Assembly: GCA_033762295.1 (NCBI GenBank)
Contig: JANRLW010000001.1
Coordinates: 1 to 40,726, forward strand
DNA length: 40,726 nucleotides
Direction of reading: 5' to 3'
From: Capsulimonadales bacterium
GTDB lineage: Bacteria; Armatimonadota; Armatimonadia; Armatimonadales; Armatimonadaceae
The position numbers were made by a program, and so were the translations under genes. The notes under the pieces are model-generated. The model was not told where the DNA came from. It did not search any database and saw only the letters and a program-made list of their open reading frames with translations. Below, piece after piece: positions 18,150 through 24,905 of this stretch (position 1 is the first letter of the stretch; the number at the start of each line of letters is the position of its first letter).

Positions 18150-19919
18150 ATGGCAAGACGAGAAAATCAATCGGACCGACGGGATCGCGCCGGACGCGGC
18201 GATTACGATCGTGAAACGCCGCGCAGTCTTGAAGACGAAGATCGCCCGATGTACGAAACATCGATTCGCGCCCTGGCGGTCGTCGATGAGCTGCTCGCCA
18301 TGACCTCGCCGTCCGACCAGAAATACCAGTACCTGCTCCTGCTCCGCCATCAACTGGAAGTGGACGAACGGCAGATGCAGGACGCCCAGAAGGTCATCGC
18401 CGAGTACGACGAGGCCTATACCAAGCTGACGTCCCCGGCGAACAAACTGGCGACCTTCCTCGGGACGATCGAGGATGAGGACACGGTCCTGATCGCGCTG
18501 GGCGACCAGGAGTTTGTCGCCAACGTCGATCCCAAAGTGGACACGACGACCGCGATCGAGCCGGGAGATCGAGTCCGGGTGAACGATGCCTATGCCGTGC
18601 TCAAGGGAATGGGACCGCATCCCGCCGGTCAGATCGTCAAGATCGCCGAAGTGCTGGCGGACGGACGGCTCCGTGTGTCCATGGACGCTCAGGGCATGAA
18701 CAGCCGCATCGTCGGACGGGCCGAACGCCTGAAAGACTCCCCGCTCAAGAACGGGGATGAGGTCCGTATGGACCCGTCGTACAAGCTCGCCCTCGAACAT
18801 TTCGCCGCCAAGGAGAATCGGGACTACTTCCTGGAAACCGTTCCGCAGATTCCGTGGAGCAAGGTCGGCGGACAGGACGAGGTCATCAGCGTGATTCGGG
18901 ACGCCATCGAGCTGCCGCTGGTCTACCCGGAACTGTACGAGCGGTTCGGCAAGCGTCCGATGAAGGGCATTCTGCTCTACGGGCCTCCGGGCTGCGGCAA
19001 AACCCTGATCGGAAAAGCGACCGCCTACAACCTGACCCGTGAGTATAACGAGCGCACCGGCCAGCAGGTCCAGGAGTACTTCATGTACATCAACGGTCCG
19101 AAGATCCTGAACATGTGGCTTGGCGAATCCGAGCGGCAGGTCCGGGAGATTTTCGCGACCGCGCGGGAAAAGGCGAAAGAGGGCTATCTGGTCTTCATCT
19201 TTATCGATGAGGCCGAGTCGATCCTTCGCACCCGAAACAGCGGACGGTTCACCAATATCTCGAACACGGTCGTGCCGCAGTTCTGCGCCGAAATGGACGG
19301 ACTGGTCTCGTCGGAAAACGTCGTCGTCATGCTGACGTCCAACCGGCCCGATTACATCGACCCGGCCATTCTCCGACCGGAGCGGATCGACCGCCGTGTC
19401 CGCGTCAAGCGGCCGGATCGCAAGGCGGCCCGCGATATTCTGTCGATCTATCTGAACGAGAACGTTCCTCTGGATGCCGAGGAAGTGTCGAAGCAGGACG
19501 GTGACCGGAAAGCTACCGCCCAGGCGCTGGTGGACGCGACGATCGCCTACCTGTGGCGTAAGGATGCCGAAACCGAGTTTCTCGATGTTTTCCATCGCAA
19601 CGGCGGCACCGAGCGGCTCTACTGGAAAGACCTGGTTTCCGGTGCGCTGCTGTCGTCGCTGGTCGAGCGGGCGAAGGATTTCGCGATCAAACGGGCCATC
19701 GAAAATAAGGACTTCGAGAGCGCCGGGATTACCCAGGCGGACCTGAACCGCGCCGTCGCCATGGAGTACAAGGAGAACGAGATCTTCCCCAAGTCGGATG
19801 CGGTGGAGGACTGGCTGATGCTCCTCGACCAGGCGCCGGAGAACGTTGCCGACGTCAAGCCGATTCGTCAGGAAACGCGGGGCCGCGGCACCGCCAAAAC
19901 GCCGTCGGGCGTCATTTAA
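18150..19919 (+). CDS. arc: Proteasome-associated AAA+ ATPase, ARC/Mpa family
   Basis: N-terminal coiled coil ending KLTSPAN, two OB-like domains, LLYGPPGCGKTLIGKA, FIFIDE, SNRPDYIDPAILRPERID, LVSGA and EYKENEIFP..EDW, as in Mpa/ARC. Confidence 0.88.
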   Translation: MARRENQSDRRDRAGRGDYDRETPRSLEDEDRPMYETSIRALAVVDELLAMTSPSDQKYQYLLLLRHQLEVDERQMQDAQKVIAEYDEAYTKLTSPANKLATFLGTIEDEDTVLIALGDQEFVANVDPKVDTTTAIEPGDRVRVNDAYAVLKGMGPHPAGQIVKIAEVLADGRLRVSMDAQGMNSRIVGRAERLKDSPLKNGDEVRMDPSYKLALEHFAAKENRDYFLETVPQIPWSKVGGQDEVISVIRDAIELPLVYPELYERFGKRPMKGILLYGPPGCGKTLIGKATAYNLTREYNERTGQQVQEYFMYINGPKILNMWLGESERQVREIFATAREKAKEGYLVFIFIDEAESILRTRNSGRFTNISNTVVPQFCAEMDGLVSSENVVVMLTSNRPDYIDPAILRPERIDRRVRVKRPDRKAARDILSIYLNENVPLDAEEVSKQDGDRKATAQALVDATIAYLWRKDAETEFLDVFHRNGGTERLYWKDLVSGALLSSLVERAKDFAIKRAIENKDFESAGITQADLNRAVAMEYKENEIFPKSDAVEDWLMLLDQAPENVADVKPIRQETRGRGTAKTPSGVI

Positions 19920-19945
19920 GCGACCGGAACGCTTCGAGAAAACGG

Positions 19946-19976
19946 AACGCCCTCCCCGGATCGGGAGGGCGTTTTG
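19946..19976 (+). terminator. Intrinsic terminator after arc
   Basis: 11-bp stem AACGCCCTCCC / GGGAGGGCGTT followed by Ts. Confidence 0.75.
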
Positions 19977-19978
19977 CT

Positions 19979-20245
19979 TCAGAACCGCTTCAGCGTAAAT
20001 CGTCGACCGGGCGGATCGCTATGCTCGGGTTCCGTCCAGCGCCACAACTCACGCGATTGTCGAACCGGATCACGATCCGGCCAGGGACGTCCCAAGTCCG
20101 TCGGCCTCATCGGTCCGGAGGGCAGAATCAGAACCGTGTCGGTCCGTTTCCGATTCGGATTTTCCGAGGTTTGTTGGGCCTGAAGCGGAGCAAACATCGT
20201 CAACCCCAGCAGTCCGACCCATCCCATCCATTTTTGTCGTGTCAT
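19979..20245 (-). CDS. Small secreted hypothetical protein
   Basis: Signal peptide ending LQA-QQ and a purine-rich RBS; follows nth on the same strand. Confidence 0.55.
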   Translation of the reverse strand: MTRQKWMGWVGLLGLTMFAPLQAQQTSENPNRKRTDTVLILPSGPMRPTDLGRPWPDRDPVRQSRELWRWTEPEHSDPPGRRFTLKRF

Positions 20246-20275
20246 CTTTCCTTTTCTTCCCTTTCTCCGTTCACC

Positions 20276-20944
20276 CTACCCCCGCAAGTCGTCGTTATCC
20301 CCCTTCAGGGTTCCCCGACCGCAGGCACAGTCCGATCGCACCGGACAGTCGGAGCATTTCGGGCGAGACGGAGTGCAGAGCGTGCGGCCATGTTGCAGGA
20401 ACAGACGATTGCTCCCCTGCCAGAGGTCGCGCGGCAGGACCGCCGCCAGCGCTTTTTCGGTCCGGTCCGGCGTTCGAGTCTCCACCCAGCCCAGACGATT
20501 GACGATCCGGTGCATATGGATATCGACACAGAGTGCGTCCTTTCGAAAGGCATAGATCAAAACGCAGTTCGCGGTCTTGCGTCCGACACCGGGCAGCGCC
20601 ATCAGCGCGTCGACATCGTCCGGCACCTGACCGTCGTGCCGTTCGACGAGTTGTTTCGCCATCGCGATCAGGCGCGGAGCTTTGTCTTCCCGGTACTCGC
20701 TGCCCTTCAACAGATCGTACAGTTCCGTGACCTCCGCCCCGGCCAGGGACCGGATATCGGGATAACGGACGAAGACGCGCGAGGAGACCGCCGTCGTCCG
20801 CTCCTCGCGCGTTCGCTGCGATATGACCGTGGCGACCAGAACCTTATACGGGTCGCCCAGTTCGACCGCTCCCCGGCCATGGTAGGTCTCGGCGAGGACA
20901 TCCATTACCCGTCGAACGCTTTCCGGCGACGTTTCGTTCTCCAT
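20276..20944 (-). CDS. nth: Endonuclease III (HhH-GPD glycosylase, 4Fe-4S)
   Basis: LVATVISQRT, LPGVGRKTAN, VDIHMHR and CTPSRPKCSDCPVRSDC. Confidence 0.93.
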   Translation of the reverse strand: MENETSPESVRRVMDVLAETYHGRGAVELGDPYKVLVATVISQRTREERTTAVSSRVFVRYPDIRSLAGAEVTELYDLLKGSEYREDKAPRLIAMAKQLVERHDGQVPDDVDALMALPGVGRKTANCVLIYAFRKDALCVDIHMHRIVNRLGWVETRTPDRTEKALAAVLPRDLWQGSNRLFLQHGRTLCTPSRPKCSDCPVRSDCACGRGTLKGDNDDLRG

Positions 20945-20963
20945 TACGTTTTTCCCTGCGGCC

Positions 20964-21791
20964 TCACGGGCCGACGACCGGCTTCACACAACGGAAGCCG
21001 GTATCCCGTCAGGTGGCTTTCGCGCCCTCGATGCCGCGTTCGTAGGTGCGACAGGCGCGTTCCCCGTAACCGACCGCGCCACCCCGGAGAATCCGCTGCT
21101 CCGGGTTTCCGTGGTACAGCCCCTGTACCCACTCCCAGGCGTTTCCGGCCATATCGAGGCAGCCGTAGGGACTGGCGCCGGCGAGAGCGGAGCCGACCGG
21201 ACGTACCCGCGACGGCGTCAGCGCGCACCGGTTCGCCGCTTTCTCCATCAGAACCGGCGTCACCTTTTTCTCCGAAGTTCGCTGCCGTGCGGCCACGCGT
21301 CGTTCCTCCCAGTCGTTTCCCCACGGGTAACGGCGTCCGTCCGTTCCACGGGCCGCCTTCTCCCACTCGTCCTCGGTCGGCAGCCGTTTCCCGGCCCACC
21401 GTGCGTACGCGTCCGCCTCGTCGTAGGTGACGTTGGTGACGGGCAGATCGTCCTCGCCCGTCGGATAGGCATGCTCCGGGCGGAAGCGCCGGTAGTCCCG
21501 GTTGGTTACCTCGGTTCGGTCGATATAGAAGGATGGGAGAAAGACGCGTCGTTCCGGCTTTACGTCGTCGTCCGCGTCCTCCTCCTCCGACCCGATCCGG
21601 CACCAGCCCCCGGGCACATACACCATCCCGGTCGGGGTCGCCGCGCGTTCCCCGGCCAGGACGGACGGGGCAGGCGGACGGGGCTGCGACAGAACGGCGA
21701 ACACCACGACGGCCGTTCCGACCGTTCCGACCGTCACGGCCATTCCCGTCCTTCCCGCCCTCGTTCTTATCCATTGGAATCGTTCGTTCAA
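20964..21791 (-). CDS. Membrane-anchored FGE/SUMF1/EgtB/PvdO-family protein with an in-frame UGA (candidate selenocysteine at 21009-21011)
   Basis: Motifs FYIDRTEVTN, LPVTNVT, KRLPTEDEWEKAARG, DMAGNAWEW and RGG. After the TGA the same frame continues RDTGFRCVKPVVGP* to 20964. TTG start with a GGAGG RBS. Confidence 0.85.
20967..21008 (-). promoter_or_regulatory. Candidate bacterial SECIS element
   Basis: UGA-CGGGAU-ACCGGCUUC-[CGUUGUGU]-GAAGCCGGU-CGUCGG-CCCG: a perfect 9-bp upper stem with G at loop position 2. Confidence 0.65.
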
Positions 21792-21927
21792 ACGTCGTTT
21801 CCTCCCGTCAGGAATACGAGCGATGCCCTGCCAATGGTTCGACCGGTAAAAAACCTCGGCAGGGCACGTGTGATTTTCCCGGAAATCGCGAATAATGGAG
21901 ATGCATCATTTAGAAAGGAACAGGCAC

Positions 21928-22431
21928 ATGGAAACCATGCCACCGAACGCGGAGCGGGTCGCCGGCGAACTGATCGCCCTTGGCCGATCCGGCGTCGTCC
22001 TCGGAGTTTTCGTGACGGAACAGGCCGGTCTGCGCGCGACCTATGCCCTGGTCAGCGGAATGCTGCCGGACGGCGCGTTGCGCGTCGGCGACTGGGACGT
22101 GACCCCGATCAGCGCCCAATCGCCGATCGGTCGCCGTCTTCAGGAAGCGCAGATTGCCGAAGAGGTCGTGATCCGTACCCCGAACGGCGACATCGCTCTG
22201 GAAGTGATCTCGGTCAACGGCTGTCCGCTGATCTCGCCCCAGGAGCGTTTGCGCCTGCGGAAACTGCGCGAGGAAGAGCGCCAGACAGCGCTCGCCGCCC
22301 GCTGGGCCGCCGAACAGGAAGCCCATCGCCGCCGGGTTCGCCAGCAGAAGGAACAGGCGGAACTGGCCGAATTGAAACTCCGCCGCAAGGAACGCGATCG
22401 CAATTGGCGGCACGGGTTGACCGGGCGGTAA
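21928..22431 (+). CDS. Protein with a GreA/GreB C-terminal-like domain followed by a charged helical tail
   Basis: ISAQSPIGRRL..AQIAEEVVIRTPNG..LEVISV matches the Gre CTD pattern. GAAAGGA RBS precedes ATG 21928. Confidence 0.65.
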   Translation: METMPPNAERVAGELIALGRSGVVLGVFVTEQAGLRATYALVSGMLPDGALRVGDWDVTPISAQSPIGRRLQEAQIAEEVVIRTPNGDIALEVISVNGCPLISPQERLRLRKLREEERQTALAARWAAEQEAHRRRVRQQKEQAELAELKLRRKERDRNWRHGLTGR

Positions 22432-22487
22432 TCGGCGGTCATCGTTCCGGAACCGCTCCTGCCGAATATTCGAGGTACAATGCGACG

Positions 22488-23144
22488 ATGCTGCGCTTTA
22501 TTCCGCTGCCGCCCGGAGTGCCCGAGTTTCTTCTTCTCCTGGTCATCGTCGGTGCGATCCTGTTCGTGGCCCGACGGGTCGCCCGCCGACGGGCGTTCGC
22601 CCGGAAGGAAGCGGACGTGCCTCTGCCGGCCCTGACCACCGATCTTCGGGTGCGCGGGATCGTTCGCAAGGTGTACCGTGACCCGCAACAGGGCGTCTGG
22701 CTGATGGAACTGAGCATCGCCCGACGCCGCTTCGTTCTGTGCCTGACCGACGCTTCCGAACGCCTCACCGAATATCAGGCGATGGTCGGAAAAGAGGCCG
22801 ATATCGCCCTGTTCGGACTGGCGACCCTGGCCCCCGGCGGGGCGGAGGCCATTCGCGATCAGATCACGGATATCGACTCGGTGGATCTGTCGACCAACCC
22901 GGTGCGCCTGATACCGGGTGGACAGTTTGCCAACGATTACGTGGTGATCGGTCGGGTCCTCTCCCACCGTGAGGAGGAGATGGACGGCCTTCGACTGATC
23001 GTTTATCGTATGCAGGTCGCCCGTTCGGACGAACTGACACTGGTTCTGGAACTGGCCGTCGAACTTTCCCCCGATTTCCCTCCCTATCCGGAGGACAGCA
23101 TGGTCCATGGTTCCGCCCGTCTGTACGGTAAAGCGGGCGTCTGA
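22488..23144 (+). CDS. Hypothetical single-pass membrane protein with two beta-rich (OB-like) domains
   Basis: TM helix FLLLLVIVGAILFVA followed by a basic stop-transfer segment; genome-like codon usage; forms the 3' part of the 677-aa ORF. Confidence 0.7.
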   Translation: MLRFIPLPPGVPEFLLLLVIVGAILFVARRVARRRAFARKEADVPLPALTTDLRVRGIVRKVYRDPQQGVWLMELSIARRRFVLCLTDASERLTEYQAMVGKEADIALFGLATLAPGGAEAIRDQITDIDSVDLSTNPVRLIPGGQFANDYVVIGRVLSHREEEMDGLRLIVYRMQVARSDELTLVLELAVELSPDFPPYPEDSMVHGSARLYGKAGV

Positions 23145-23187
23145 CCGCCACGCATTGCACACCTGCGGGTTTTTCCCCCGCCTCCTC

Positions 23188-23252
23188 TTGACAGAACGTT
23201 CAAAATTCCATAATTTTGATTGACGTTTGTTGATTTCAATTAACGAATCAAC
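23188..23252 (+). promoter_or_regulatory. Sigma70-like promoter with two overlapping or adjacent inverted repeats
   Basis: TTGACA (23188)-N17-TAATTT, with palindrome TCAAAATT-N4-AATTTTGA (23200-23219) and GTTGATT...AATCAAC (23229-23252). Confidence 0.55.
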
Positions 23253-23267
23253 ACGCAGGAGGACCGC

Positions 23268-24590
23268 TTGATGAATCGTCGTCGCCTCATGACCGTGATC
23301 GGTGTTTTCGTGCTGGCCTGGAGCGTGCCCCCCGCTCAGGCCCAGATTCCCGCCCTCAGCAGCCGCGCCGGTGCGGCCTACACGCTCTATCTCAACTTCG
23401 GAGGCTTTAACTTCAACGGCAACTGGGGCAATACCGGCCTCGCCCCCGGTTCGACCGGCGCCTTCGGTACGTCCGACCAGATCCGTGAGATCTGGGCGCG
23501 AACGGCGGAAAAGTATTCGGCGTTCAATGTGAACGTGACCACCGTCGATCCGGCGGTCGCCGCCGGTCAGGCGAGTTCGGACGCCCAGCGCCAGTTATTC
23601 TATGACAACTCCTCCCGCCTGATGCATACCGTCATCGGCAGCGGCACCTGGTTTGGCGCGGCGGGCGGCGTCTCCTATATCGGCGTGGCCCCCTTCTCCT
23701 ACAGCGGTATCGGCACCACGAACGGTTTCCACACCAACTGGGTCTTTACCAACTTCCTGGCGAACGGCAGTAAATTCATCGCCGAAGCGACCGCCCACGA
23801 AAACGGACACGGACTCAACCTCGATCATCAGAGCGATTTCCAGGTCAACGGCAACATCAACAACGAGTACAGCAGTAACGGAGGCGCGTCCGGCAACGGT
23901 TCCTATGCGCCGATCATGGGCAACTCCTACGGCTCTCAGCGCGGCACCTGGCGGACCGGCACCTACAGCAACGGGACCGTTCAGAACGACGTGGCGACGC
24001 TGCTCTCCAACAGCGGGTTTTCGCTGGTCGATGACGGCATCGGCCATTCGTTTGCCACCGCGACCAACCTGCCGTTAACCGGCACCCTGGTCGACTCCAC
24101 CCTGGCTCAGGGCGTCATCACGCCCCTCACGGGTCAGACTCCGAATGCCATCGGAATCGACAACTATACGAAGGACTATTTCCGGTTCACGATGGGCCAG
24201 ACCGGCGAAGTCACGCTGACCGTCACCAACGGCGGCGACTGGCTTACTCCCGGCGTGGCCTCCGTCGGCGCGACACTCCGCTCCCGCCTGAGCATCTTCC
24301 GCGCCAGCGACCTGCTCAATGCGTTCGGAACCGGGGTTGAAGCGGCGAACACGCTTTCCACCACCTTCACCGGCGTCCTGACGGCGGGCACGTACTACGC
24401 GCGCATCTCCAGCTTCGGCGGCCAGACGTCCTCGTTCGACGGCACCGCCCAGTATTTTGACATGGGCTCCTACATCCTGAGCGGTTCGGGCATTCTCCCC
24501 GGCATCGGCGCGGCGGCTCCCGAACCCGGCACCTTCGCGCTCCTCGGTCTCGGTCTGATCGGTCTCGTCCGCTACCGACGCCGGAAATAA
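23268..24590 (+). CDS. PEP-CTERM secreted zinc metalloprotease (metzincin-like) with a PPC-like domain
   Basis: Signal peptide, AHENGHGLNLDH zinc motif, Met-turn APIMG, DYFRF..GTYYARI, and C-terminal APEPGT-TM-RRRK. Confidence 0.85.
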   Translation: MMNRRRLMTVIGVFVLAWSVPPAQAQIPALSSRAGAAYTLYLNFGGFNFNGNWGNTGLAPGSTGAFGTSDQIREIWARTAEKYSAFNVNVTTVDPAVAAGQASSDAQRQLFYDNSSRLMHTVIGSGTWFGAAGGVSYIGVAPFSYSGIGTTNGFHTNWVFTNFLANGSKFIAEATAHENGHGLNLDHQSDFQVNGNINNEYSSNGGASGNGSYAPIMGNSYGSQRGTWRTGTYSNGTVQNDVATLLSNSGFSLVDDGIGHSFATATNLPLTGTLVDSTLAQGVITPLTGQTPNAIGIDNYTKDYFRFTMGQTGEVTLTVTNGGDWLTPGVASVGATLRSRLSIFRASDLLNAFGTGVEAANTLSTTFTGVLTAGTYYARISSFGGQTSSFDGTAQYFDMGSYILSGSGILPGIGAAAPEPGTFALLGLGLIGLVRYRRRK

Positions 24591-24780
24591 ACCTCGGACG
24601 GAACCGCTGCCGGACTTCCGATTCGTGCAGCGGTTTCCCTTCGGCAACGATTATCGGCGACATCTCCGCCGACGGACGGATACGACCGTCCGTCGGCGGA
24701 AATCATCTTTCCCGCCTCCGATGAGAGTGCGCTCCCTTCGGCGCACAGACACCGAACAGCAATACCCCGCCGCGAAATTC

Positions 24781-24810
24781 TTGCAATTTTGTATAGTTTT
24801 GTGCTACTCT
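24781..24810 (+). promoter_or_regulatory. Candidate promoter for the second PEP-CTERM gene
   Basis: TTGCAA-N18-TACTCT with a TGn extension, in an AT-rich patch. Confidence 0.4.
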
Positions 24811-24905
24811 CCGTACTGGAAAATGCCGCAAAAGGAACTCCGTTCGGTGAATTCCGGTCGTCATTCATCCGTGCTCCCAATCCCGGAGCGTCAGGAAGGG
24901 AAGAT

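Noticed and set aside
17985..19595. 536-aa minus-strand ORF
   Set aside because: Antisense shadow of the ARC ATPase gene.
20944..21774. 276-aa alternative-frame ORF over the FGE-like gene, considered as a frameshift explanation
   Set aside because: The missing GFRC motif is in the same frame as the FGE domain, directly after the TGA, so no frameshift is needed. This frame has no motifs.
21111..22487. 5' part of the 677-aa plus-strand ORF
   Set aside because: It overlaps two better-supported genes and is Arg/Pro-rich noise; only the part from ATG 22488 looks like a real protein.
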